A stretch of DNA of 57,963 nucleotides from a virus. Its lineage: Duplodnaviria; Caudoviricetes. This document shows positions 1-8,185 of this stretch, one piece after another (within the stretch, counting starts at the first letter, position 1; each line of letters begins with the position of its first letter). The position numbers and the translations under genes were made by a program. The notes below the pieces were generated by a model. The model ran no database searches and was not told the origin of the DNA. It saw only the letters and a list, made by a program, of their open reading frames with translations. The stretch lies in IMG/VR virus record IMGVR_UViG_3300033997_000554, positions 1-57,963 of that record. One strand, given 5' to 3'.

Positions 1-61
1 CTTTCTTGCTTTATGCCAAGGACGAATTCTTACGTATCGAGTATGCGCCGTACAAATAATT

Positions 62-107
62 AAAGGGCATAAGCAAATTCCCTAATCGGGATTTCCTTAT
101 GCCCTTT
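62..107. repeat. Imperfect inverted repeat just beyond the integrase stop (att-region or terminator candidate)
   Basis: AAAGGGCATAAG (62-73) pairs with CTTATGCCCTTT (96-107); inner AAATTCCC/GGGATTT. Confidence 0.6.
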
Positions 108-146
108 CATTACTGTCAGTTATTTCAACGACTTACGGGATTCCCC

Positions 147-1361
147 TTAGGCCACCAGCCGCAGGCTGGGGGACTTTTGGGGGACTTCTTGTTGTCGCCT
201 CTCCCGCATGATGGCCAGCAAGTTGAGCGATTCACCGTCTGCGCCCGGGGCCTGGATAGCCTCGAGAGCGTCGTAAATCTCGCGCAGCTGCGCCACGGCA
301 TAGTGATCCGTCATGCTGCCGGATTTGTGCCATAGGATCTCGTTTTGGGTCCGATCCGAGACCCCGGCAGCCCGCAAGCGCATCCCGAGGGTGTGGCGCA
401 GGTCGTGCAGGTGCAGATCCGCCATGCCAGCAGCCGTCCGAGTCTTACCCCATGCATACTCGAATCGATCCGCGAGCGTCTTGTGAGGCCGCTCGGGCAG
501 CGTCCAGCCCAGCGGGTGTGGGCCTTTAGCGAGCCGCGCCCACTTGGGGAGATCCTTTACGTAGGTGAAAACGAATTCCGGATGCTTGCCCCGCTGGCTG
601 TCAACGATGCCTTGCGCGGTTGTGTTGCAAACGATGATCCTCTCCCGTTTCCGCCCCTTCACGTACTCCCGCGGCACGATGAAGACCGAACGAACCAGGC
701 CAGGGCGGATCTCGAGGGGGAGTTCCCAGGTCCACCGCAGATTCGAAAGGACATTTCGCCGGACGCCGGTATTCAAGTCGAAAAGCAGCACCTTCGCCAA
801 GTAACCTGGCGCGCTGGCCAGGAGCCTGTCCTGCTCGGCCCAGGTTATGGGGCGGGGAGGGCGCTGATCTTCGAGTTTCAGCAGGCTGATGTGGGGAGCG
901 CTCTCCAGCCAGGTCATGCGGTTCGGGAATCTCCATCGCCTTGCGGCGCGGTTGCAGATGGCCCTGACGCATTCCAGGCTGTTGTTGACCGTCTTGTCGG
1001 CCCAGCCGAACGCCTTGCGCTCCTCGATAAATGGCACGAGGGCGTCGTCGTCGAGCTGATCCAATGTTAAAGAGCCAAGGAGGGCCACCAGCGGCTCAAG
1101 CGCGTAGGTTGACGCCGTCGCCGATGGCATGCCTTCCTTCTCCAGCAGATATCTGGCCGCCGCAGCGGCCAGGGTTACCTTTGGCCGAACTCCGTTGGTC
1201 ATGTCGTCACGGATTTCGGCCTTGCGTTGCATCAGGTAGTCGCTGGCGTCCCCCTGATTTTGGAAACCACGTTTGCGAATTCGGTGCCCCCTATATCGGG
1301 CGTCGACCTCGAACGTGCCGTCTTGCGACGGGTAGATGCCACTTGTTCTAGAACGTCCCAT
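147..1361 (-). CDS. int: Tyrosine recombinase / phage integrase
   Basis: 404 aa; TGVR, HDLRHT box II, and ILWH...MTDHY with catalytic Tyr. Confidence 0.95.
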   Translation of the reverse strand: MGRSRTSGIYPSQDGTFEVDARYRGHRIRKRGFQNQGDASDYLMQRKAEIRDDMTNGVRPKVTLAAAAARYLLEKEGMPSATASTYALEPLVALLGSLTLDQLDDDALVPFIEERKAFGWADKTVNNSLECVRAICNRAARRWRFPNRMTWLESAPHISLLKLEDQRPPRPITWAEQDRLLASAPGYLAKVLLFDLNTGVRRNVLSNLRWTWELPLEIRPGLVRSVFIVPREYVKGRKRERIIVCNTTAQGIVDSQRGKHPEFVFTYVKDLPKWARLAKGPHPLGWTLPERPHKTLADRFEYAWGKTRTAAGMADLHLHDLRHTLGMRLRAAGVSDRTQNEILWHKSGSMTDHYAVAQLREIYDALEAIQAPGADGESLNLLAIMRERRQQEVPQKSPSLRLVA

Positions 1362-1576
1362 TTGCGTACTCCGTTCTTGGGCGCGGGACGCTCATTGCCC
1401 GCCGTCAGTTTATAGCGGTCCCAGGCCGCGTCGAGATCGGCCCGTTCATAGACAACCGATGTGCCGGCCTGGACTCCCTTGCCAGCGAGCAGCGGGGCGA
1501 GTTTGGCTTCGAAGAACCGGCGCTTGACGCCCAGGTACTGCTGGGCTTCAACGGTGTTGAAGCAGCGCTTTTGCAT
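1232..1576 (-). CDS. Excisionase-like HTH protein
   Basis: MQKRCFNTVEAQQYLGV...VVYERADLDAAW resembles HTH_17/Xis; overlaps the int 5' end. Confidence 0.7.
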   Translation of the reverse strand: MQKRCFNTVEAQQYLGVKRRFFEAKLAPLLAGKGVQAGTSVVYERADLDAAWDRYKLTAGNERPAPKNGVRKWDVLEQVASTRRKTARSRSTPDIGGTEFANVVSKIRGTPATT

Positions 1577-1577
1577 G

Positions 1578-2225
1578 TCAGATCCTCCTGAACTCGACGA
1601 TCCAGACCCAGGGGTCGGCGTCCCAGGACTCGGCGCCGTTGATGCTGCTCCACAGTTCGCGGAATGAGCGCTGCGGCCATTGCAGGCGGCGCGCCAGCTC
1701 GTCGGCTGATTCGACGCTGGCGTCGCGGCATTCGTCGCCCACGAACAAGCGCGGGTCGAATGCGCCTTCCGCCAGCGCATCCTCGTAGCTGATGCCTTGC
1801 AACCGCTCTACGCGCACGCCGGTCACTTCCAGCTCAAGCCGACTCGCCCAGCGCGGCATGAACCGGGCGTGGCGATACCTGCCCGGTTGGGGCGGACCGT
1901 CATGGGGTGGCGTGCCGGTGTGCTTCCAGTCACGCCTCGCACCGTCGGCTTCGTACTGGATCGGAGCCCAGGGCACGTTGTAGCCGGCGTCCAGGCACAG
2001 GTCGGCGATCTGGCTGCCGCTGCACCTGTCCAGGTCGGCGGTGCTGCGCCAGGGCTCACGCACCCACAGGCGGTCACCGGGGTGGCCGTAGGGGCATGAC
2101 GTTTTCCCGGGAGCCGCCCACGCGCCGGCCGGCTGCGGCCTCACGACCCGCCGCGTCTGCGTCTTGTTGCCGGCCAGCAACGCCCGCGCCATCGCTCCGT
2201 TGAAAGGGATAGGCCGTTCTTTCAT
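1578..2225 (-). CDS. Phage ASCH/PUA-like protein (MKERPI-F...KTQTRR family)
   Basis: N-terminal MKERPIPFNGAMARALLAGNKTQTRR, GDRLWVRE, MPRWASR, C-terminal W..NPWVW-like motif. Confidence 0.75.
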   Translation of the reverse strand: MKERPIPFNGAMARALLAGNKTQTRRVVRPQPAGAWAAPGKTSCPYGHPGDRLWVREPWRSTADLDRCSGSQIADLCLDAGYNVPWAPIQYEADGARRDWKHTGTPPHDGPPQPGRYRHARFMPRWASRLELEVTGVRVERLQGISYEDALAEGAFDPRLFVGDECRDASVESADELARRLQWPQRSFRELWSSINGAESWDADPWVWIVEFRRI

Positions 2226-3223
2226 TGCGGCACCTCGTTCCATTCGCGGCCGTCGAGCAGCCGGCCGGCAGCCACCTTGCCCGGTCGATGAACCATCGAC
2301 CAGCCATCGGCGCTCGTTGCGCCGACCGGGTAGTCGTCGCGCGCAACACGACCGTCCCAGGCAACCGCCGCGGTGTCATAGCCGCCGGCGCCGAAATCCC
2401 CAGATCCAGGCGCCCAGTCACCCCACTGCTTGAACAGGAACGGCACTCCAGCGTTCTGGCATTGGTCGCGCAGGCTGGCGGCCCAGGCCGGATGCATGGG
2501 GCGTGCCCCGGGGCCGCTCTCGCCGCCGACGATTACCCAGTCCAGAGCCTCGCCCAGGTGCAACCCAGCGCGCCGGCAGGCGGCGCCCAGGTCGACCGGC
2601 CCGAGTAGCGGTTCCATGCTCAGGAAGCGAACGCGCGCCGGCAACTCGAGCAGCTTGGGGATATCTCGGTCGGCCTCGGCTTGATTCACGATGGTGGCGC
2701 CGATCCAGACGTTGGGATACATCCGGTCGAAGTCGAACGGCACAGGCAGCATGTTGCCTACGTTGCCGATACGTTTCGTCAGCAGCAGCCAGTCCAGGTT
2801 GGGCGTGGCCTCGATCTGCCCGTAAAGATCCTCGCGCCAGGCCGGGTCCACGGCATTGTCGAAGACGTCAGCCAAGCTGGCGCAGAACACCCTCGCTCGA
2901 GCTGGGGCCAGCCTCAGGGAAGCGCATTTCGGCACCGGGCAGACCGGCAGGCCCCCGTTGATCTTGCCCGCGCCGTGTCCACGCCATCCGCAGTCCAGGC
3001 ATTGGTAGAACGGGCTGCCGTTCCAGGACAGCGGCTTGCGCCAGTTGGCGGCGCTGGTCCGCCGGCGCGGCGCGCCCGGCCCCCAGTTGATAGCCCGGCC
3101 GCCGGCGAAGCGGGCGTTGCGCGTCTCTGCGTAGCAGTGGTCACAGCCGGGCCCGACCTTCTGGCAGCCTTCCCACGGGTTGAAAGTATGGTCGGTCCAT
3201 TCGATCTTACTGTTCTCAGCCAC
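2222..3223 (-). CDS. DUF5131 / phage Gp37-Gp68 family protein (three-Cys motif)
   Basis: SKIEWTDHTFNPWEGCQKVGPGCDHCYAE, LLLTKR, RFLSMEPLL, WVIVGGESG, FKQWG; GTG start with GGAGG RBS. Confidence 0.9.
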   Translation of the reverse strand: MAENSKIEWTDHTFNPWEGCQKVGPGCDHCYAETRNARFAGGRAINWGPGAPRRRTSAANWRKPLSWNGSPFYQCLDCGWRGHGAGKINGGLPVCPVPKCASLRLAPARARVFCASLADVFDNAVDPAWREDLYGQIEATPNLDWLLLTKRIGNVGNMLPVPFDFDRMYPNVWIGATIVNQAEADRDIPKLLELPARVRFLSMEPLLGPVDLGAACRRAGLHLGEALDWVIVGGESGPGARPMHPAWAASLRDQCQNAGVPFLFKQWGDWAPGSGDFGAGGYDTAAVAWDGRVARDDYPVGATSADGWSMVHRPGKVAAGRLLDGREWNEVPQ

Positions 3224-3959
3224 TGATGCCTCCTTGTGCGGAAGCCTTGGGCTCGCGCCGGATTTGAATCCCGTAGATGGCCCACTCACCGGGGTGATGC
3301 GTCGCCATGTAGTGGCTGATGCGCCGCGCGCTTTTCAGCAGCCACGCCGGCACAGGCGGCGCTGTGGCGCCCAAGTAAACCAGCTCATCATCGCCCGCCT
3401 CGGCGCTGGCCTGGGGCACGGCATAGACCTTGGTGCCCGCCGGCAGCGGCCGCGAAAGACGGAAGGTATTGCCGTTGGGCTGCACGACGCCCACTGCCTC
3501 CCCGGCTACAGGGGCGCTTGCCAGGGCGGCGCGTCGCAGCACGTCCTCGCGGACCCCGGGGATGCGGCACATGGGCGGCCGCACCCCGTTGGCGCGGTCG
3601 CACTCGTCGTTCGCGCACAGCACGGCATCGGCCTGCCCGGCTTTGCATACGTCGGTAGGGCGTGCAGCCCGCTCTTCGGCTACAGGGGCGGCAATTTCCG
3701 ACACCTCAAAGACACCGAAACCGACCTCCAGTAGGGCCTTGAGCAGCCCCAGCCCTTTGTCGATGAGGTCGCCCGAACTACTGCTGGCTGCCTTTTGCCA
3801 AGCGGCACCGAGGCGGTGCGCCCCGATATTCCCCGGCTGGTGGTGGTACGTAAATGCTCGGTGCGGTCCGGGGAGGTCGAACGCTGCGCCATACGCACCC
3901 AGGGCGCGAGTGAGCGTGACGACAATCGCCGGCTGCGCGATCTTGTTCTGTTCATTCAT
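3216..3959 (-). CDS. Hypothetical phage early protein (mosaic)
   Basis: 247-aa ORF packed into the leftward operon, AAGGA RBS. Confidence 0.65.
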   Translation of the reverse strand: MNEQNKIAQPAIVVTLTRALGAYGAAFDLPGPHRAFTYHHQPGNIGAHRLGAAWQKAASSSSGDLIDKGLGLLKALLEVGFGVFEVSEIAAPVAEERAARPTDVCKAGQADAVLCANDECDRANGVRPPMCRIPGVREDVLRRAALASAPVAGEAVGVVQPNGNTFRLSRPLPAGTKVYAVPQASAEAGDDELVYLGATAPPVPAWLLKSARRISHYMATHHPGEWAIYGIQIRREPKASAQGGISG

Positions 3960-3962
3960 AGT

Positions 3963-4244
3963 TCAGTCCTTTGCGCCCGCTCGCATGTTCCTGGGCACCT
4001 CGTAGACGGTCACCAGGGTTTCGTGGGCAAAAAACCAGATGTGTTCGGCGTGGATGCGGACATTGTTGGCCCTGCGGTGCTGGAGCCAGCACTTGTCCAA
4101 GAAGCGCTTGAGCTTCCCGGCCGCGTCGCCGTGCCGCTTGCCTTGATCGAAGGCGCGCTGCGCGGCAGCAGCGCGGGCCGACTTCGGCAGGCCGAGACGC
4201 TCTTTCAGGCGGGCGTCGGCATGATCGGTGATTGTGACTGCCAT
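3963..4244 (-). CDS. Small protein with T-HA-R--ER motif (possible BECR/RNase-like fold)
   Basis: MAVTITDHADARLKERLG...WFF...LVTVY, 93 aa, GGAGG RBS. Confidence 0.65.
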   Translation of the reverse strand: MAVTITDHADARLKERLGLPKSARAAAAQRAFDQGKRHGDAAGKLKRFLDKCWLQHRRANNVRIHAEHIWFFAHETLVTVYEVPRNMRAGAKD

Positions 4245-4246
4245 GT

Positions 4247-4720
4247 TCACCCCTCCGCGGCCTGGCGGACCTGCTGGCCGCCGTCCGGCGCCGGCAGGAG
4301 GTTGGCCGCCGCTGCATGCTCCAGCACGGTATGGCCCGTCGGCAGCATGATCTGACCGAGAAACGCGCCTTCGAACGAGAGGATGCCAGTCTCGATGGCC
4401 ATGATCTGGCCTTTGATCCAATCGCGCAGGATCGAATACACGGCGACGCTCGCCACATCCATGGCCTTTTTCTCGTACTGGGCCCGCGTGCCGGTGCGGC
4501 GATGACTCCACGGGTTCTCCTTGAGCCAGGCCGCGGCGTAGCCTTTGGTCGACGCCTTCACGGACACCTGGCGGCCTCGGTATTCGAACTGCACCAGCAG
4601 CTCGCCGGCGCCGTCGTCCACCATGCTGCCGAACTTGCTGCAGCCGAAGGCGCGCAGCAGTTTCTGAATCTCGCCCAGTGCCTTCTCGCCGCTGGTCGCG
4701 GTGCTGTAGGGCAGGGCCAT
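4247..4720 (-). CDS. Conserved hypothetical phage protein
   Basis: 157 aa, translationally coupled to the upstream gene; ILRDWIKGQ...FEGAFL motif. Confidence 0.75.
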   Translation of the reverse strand: MALPYSTATSGEKALGEIQKLLRAFGCSKFGSMVDDGAGELLVQFEYRGRQVSVKASTKGYAAAWLKENPWSHRRTGTRAQYEKKAMDVASVAVYSILRDWIKGQIMAIETGILSFEGAFLGQIMLPTGHTVLEHAAAANLLPAPDGGQQVRQAAEG

Positions 4721-5274
4721 CAGGCATCCCCCTTACGTTGTGCTGCAATGGCGTCGAGGGCAGAGCCGGCCGTCTCGCGCCAGTCAGAGCCATGTTGCAG
4801 ATAATGGCCCAGCAGGAAGTGAATCACCGCCGCCTGCTCGTGCTCGGACTTGCGCTTGATCTGTTTGCCATCCGCCCGCAGCAATTCTGCCAAGTCCGCG
4901 CATCTGAAGTTGGGCCGCCCGAGGATGTCGGCAAGATCGTCGTTGAGCGGCGGCAGCACGGGCCGCGCGTCGCCAGCAGCGGCGGGCAGCGGATGCGCCC
5001 CGCTGTAGATGCAGTGCGATCCCTGCCACACGCCAACGCTGACGCCGCGCGGATCATGGTCCACGGTAACGGTGATCGGGGCATCCTGTTCGGTGCTGAC
5101 TGCAGGCGGGGTCGGTGAAGGCTCCGCGGCCGCCAGCAGGTCGGCGAGGCGCTCCAGGCCAGCCATGGCGGTATAGCCTTGGGGAAGAAAGCCGAGGGCG
5201 GCGCGAACCTCGGCCAGCTCGTGCTGAGCAGCGGCCACCGGGGCCAGGCGCCAGGTGTTTTCGATCTTGCTCAT
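4720..5274 (-). CDS. Hypothetical phage protein
   Basis: 184 aa with stop/start overlaps at both ends; ILGRPNF...EQAAVIH motif. Confidence 0.7.
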   Translation of the reverse strand: MSKIENTWRLAPVAAAQHELAEVRAALGFLPQGYTAMAGLERLADLLAAAEPSPTPPAVSTEQDAPITVTVDHDPRGVSVGVWQGSHCIYSGAHPLPAAAGDARPVLPPLNDDLADILGRPNFRCADLAELLRADGKQIKRKSEHEQAAVIHFLLGHYLQHGSDWRETAGSALDAIAAQRKGDA

Positions 5275-5759
5275 GCCTGCGCCTCCATGGCGATCTTGAT
5301 GCGGGTTTGGTGGAACAGGTCGCCCTGGTCGTCGCGCTGGCCCAAGGCGATCACACGGCGCAGTATCGGCAGTGCGTGCCGCAGGCCTTCGATAGTGCGT
5401 TCCTGGATAGGCACCAGGTAGTGCAGCGCGATGTACAGATCACGCAGGGGCTGCAGCGGCAGTTCCTTGGCGTGGCGGATGCTCCACATCTCGAAGTGCC
5501 AGATCAGCCCTTCGATCGCGGGCGCGGCCTCGTACTTGTGGCCGTCGCAGGCCACGAAGGTCGGGTAGCCCTTGGCGTTGACCGACACCTTGCCGGTCCG
5601 GTCCAGCTCATCGAACAGCTGTTCCAGGGGGCGCATCACGATTTCTGAGCCCATAATCATCGGGGCGGCCACGGGACGCGCCATGCGCCCCGCCCGAGGC
5701 CGTCGTCCCTCGGCGCGCCGGGCCTGGCGCCGGTCGTGGCGGTTCATGTAGGGATGCAT
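5271..5759 (-). CDS. Hypothetical phage protein
   Basis: Starts MHPYMNRHDRR right after the exonuclease stop; typical GC3 codon usage. Confidence 0.7.
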   Translation of the reverse strand: MHPYMNRHDRRQARRAEGRRPRAGRMARPVAAPMIMGSEIVMRPLEQLFDELDRTGKVSVNAKGYPTFVACDGHKYEAAPAIEGLIWHFEMWSIRHAKELPLQPLRDLYIALHYLVPIQERTIEGLRHALPILRRVIALGQRDDQGDLFHQTRIKIAMEAQA

Positions 5760-5761
5760 GA

Positions 5762-6376
5762 TTACGCGGCCTCCCTCTGCAGGTCCTGGATGCTGAAATA
5801 GACGTCCATGCAGCCGCGCACGTCCGCCAGGGCACTGTGCGCGTTCTCCAGCGGCTTGCCGGTGAAGTACTGCACCGCTTCGCCCAGCTTGGGCGTCTTG
5901 TGGTGGTGGCGGTTGGCGGCCACCATCTTGGCGGTGGGCGGCAGTTTCAGGATGGGCGTGGCCAGGCGCGCGGTGCACTCGGCCGTGCCGGTTTTCCAGC
6001 GTTCCAGGTCGTGTTCCAGCTCGCCGGCGCGGTGCTGGGCGATGCGGATGATGCGGGCATCGAAGGACTCGTTGTGTGCGATGCGCTTGCGTCCGGCCCA
6101 CATCTCCAGGAACAGCGACAGGGCCAGCGTCTCGGGTACGCCCACCGCCATGGCGTACTCGGTGGTAATGCCGTGGACCTCGGTGCCCTCATCGGGGATG
6201 ATCCAGCCGTCCGGCCGGACGACCAGGTCCAGGCTGGCGACCGTCTCGCGCGAGTCCAGGTCGACCAGCGCCGCGGCCAGCTGCACAATGTGGGGCTGGT
6301 CGGGGTGTTCAGACGGATCCTTGAACAGCGGCAGGCCGGTGGTTTCGGTGTCGTAGAAAAGTGCCAGGTTTTGCAT
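5762..6376 (-). CDS. DEDDh 3'-5' exonuclease (DnaQ-like)
   Basis: FYDTETTG, AHNESFD, AHSALAD motifs. Confidence 0.92.
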   Translation of the reverse strand: MQNLALFYDTETTGLPLFKDPSEHPDQPHIVQLAAALVDLDSRETVASLDLVVRPDGWIIPDEGTEVHGITTEYAMAVGVPETLALSLFLEMWAGRKRIAHNESFDARIIRIAQHRAGELEHDLERWKTGTAECTARLATPILKLPPTAKMVAANRHHHKTPKLGEAVQYFTGKPLENAHSALADVRGCMDVYFSIQDLQREAA

Positions 6377-6391
6377 GTCGTGGTCCTTGTG

Positions 6392-8176
6392 TCAGGCGGC
6401 GGCGCGCAGCGCGGGCTGGGCGTTGGTGCCGTGGTCGATCCAGTGGCTGGTGAAAAGGTCGGTGGGGGCGGGCGGGGCGGATTTCAGGGTGCCCAGCACC
6501 AGGGCGGTGTCGAGTTCGCCGTCTGCGGCCAGGGTGTCGAGCAGCCCCAGCAGGTCGCCGCGGCCGGGCTGATCCAGGCAATCGAAGCGGTCCAGCAGCA
6601 CGCAGCGCAGCCCGGACTGGGCGGCCAGCGCCAGCCCGATCAGGGCGTCGGTGCGCCAGCGCTCGGACTCGGACAGGAGCCGATAGGCGCGGCCGCCGTA
6701 GGTGATGGCCATGTCGCCGGCGATCGCCACCGCCGGCCAGTTGGCCAGGCTGGCCAGGTGAGCGAGACGGTCGTTCATCGGCTGCAGGGCTTCGGCCAGG
6801 ATTTCGCCGGGGATGCCGTCGGGCGCCAGCGCGTCGCCGATCTTGGCCCAGGCCTGTACCTCACCGTGGTACTGCGCTGCATTGGCGGTGCGCTGTTTCG
6901 CGCTGTCGGCGGCCTGCTTCGCGTTCAGCAGCGCCTGCACGCGCTCGTGCACTTCCTTGCGCTGCTCCTTGAGGGCGTTGAGTTGCGCGCGCACGGCTTC
7001 GACGTCGGCGGTGTCGATCGCCTCCGGAGCGTTCACGGCTTCCAAGCTGGCTGCGGCTTCTTGGGCGGCGGCGATATCGCGGCGGTCGTTCTCCACGCTG
7101 CGCGCCATCAGCTCGCGGGCATCGATGGCCTTGGGCAGCGCGGCCGCGGCCTCGGCGTCCCCGGGGGCGTCGAGCTTCCCGTACTGGGCCTCGTAGCGCT
7201 CCAGCACCTCGAGGATCCGCATATCGAGCGGCCCGGGCAGCAGCAGGGTCACCTTCTCGCAGTTGTAGACGTCGTCCAAGCAGAGGGCCAGTTCGTGCAC
7301 CAGGCCTGTCCGCGGGCCGGCGCCAGCGCGCAGCTGGAGCGCTTCGACGTGCGCGACTGCCTTGCCATGCTCGGCGAGGTCGTATTCCAGCTTGCGGGTC
7401 AGCTCGGGCAGGCGCGCCGCCTTGGCCTGGCGAGCTGCCACCTGATCGCGCGCCGCCGCGTAGGCCTCGGCCTTCTGCACCAGCTTGCCCAGCGATTGCG
7501 CCGTCGCCTCGATGCGTTCGTCCAGGCCGGCCAGTTCCGCGCCGGCGTTCTCGAGTGCCGCGCGGTCGAACGCGGGCTCGTCGGCCGCCCAGTCCTTGGC
7601 CTTGACCTCGCCGTAGGCTTCTCCGGTGACGGTGCGCCAGGCGCCCTTTGCCTGGGTCGCCTGGTCCTTGGCGTACTTCGAGCCCGCGGCGAATCCGGTA
7701 CGCAGGATGGGCTTGATCTGGGTCACCAGCTCGGCGTTGCATGTCCGGGCCAGCAGGCGGGCGGCGATATCGTCGGGGCGGATCTTCGCGCCGGTCAGCG
7801 TGAACAGCAGGCTGCGCCGGTCGTTGGCCTCGGCCTGGGCGAAGCGTTCGGGCGCCAGGACGAAGGGCAGGGCCGGGCTGGTCGGCACCAGGTCCTGGCC
7901 ATCCGCCACGCCCTTGGGCAGTGTCATCGACACGGCGCCGGCGTCCAGTTCCACGGTCACCGCGCCCAGCTTCGCGCCGTCGCTGACCAGCATGTCGTAC
8001 TCTTTTTTCAGGCCGACCCGTTCCGGCGTGCCCTGCAGCGCCAGGCGGACGGCTTCGGCGACGGTCGACTTGCCGGCGCCATTCAGGCCCGACACCAGCG
8101 CGAGCGGGGTGGGCAACTGCAGGTCCACGGCGCGGGCGCCCTGGAAGTTCTCGACGGTGATACGGTTGATTCGCAA
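6392..8176 (-). CDS. SMC/SbcC-like ABC ATPase with coiled coil
   Basis: VENFQG, Walker A GLNGAGKST, long Ala/Glu coiled coil, LSESE signature, LLDRFD Walker B; TTG start with GAGGAG RBS. Confidence 0.85.
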   Translation of the reverse strand: MRINRITVENFQGARAVDLQLPTPLALVSGLNGAGKSTVAEAVRLALQGTPERVGLKKEYDMLVSDGAKLGAVTVELDAGAVSMTLPKGVADGQDLVPTSPALPFVLAPERFAQAEANDRRSLLFTLTGAKIRPDDIAARLLARTCNAELVTQIKPILRTGFAAGSKYAKDQATQAKGAWRTVTGEAYGEVKAKDWAADEPAFDRAALENAGAELAGLDERIEATAQSLGKLVQKAEAYAAARDQVAARQAKAARLPELTRKLEYDLAEHGKAVAHVEALQLRAGAGPRTGLVHELALCLDDVYNCEKVTLLLPGPLDMRILEVLERYEAQYGKLDAPGDAEAAAALPKAIDARELMARSVENDRRDIAAAQEAAASLEAVNAPEAIDTADVEAVRAQLNALKEQRKEVHERVQALLNAKQAADSAKQRTANAAQYHGEVQAWAKIGDALAPDGIPGEILAEALQPMNDRLAHLASLANWPAVAIAGDMAITYGGRAYRLLSESERWRTDALIGLALAAQSGLRCVLLDRFDCLDQPGRGDLLGLLDTLAADGELDTALVLGTLKSAPPAPTDLFTSHWIDHGTNAQPALRAAA

Positions 8177-8185
8177 GGTTGCTCC

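Noticed and set aside
60-110. dif/XerCD site
   Set aside because: GCATAA and TTATG arms are present but separated by 24 bp rather than 6, and the XerD arm does not match
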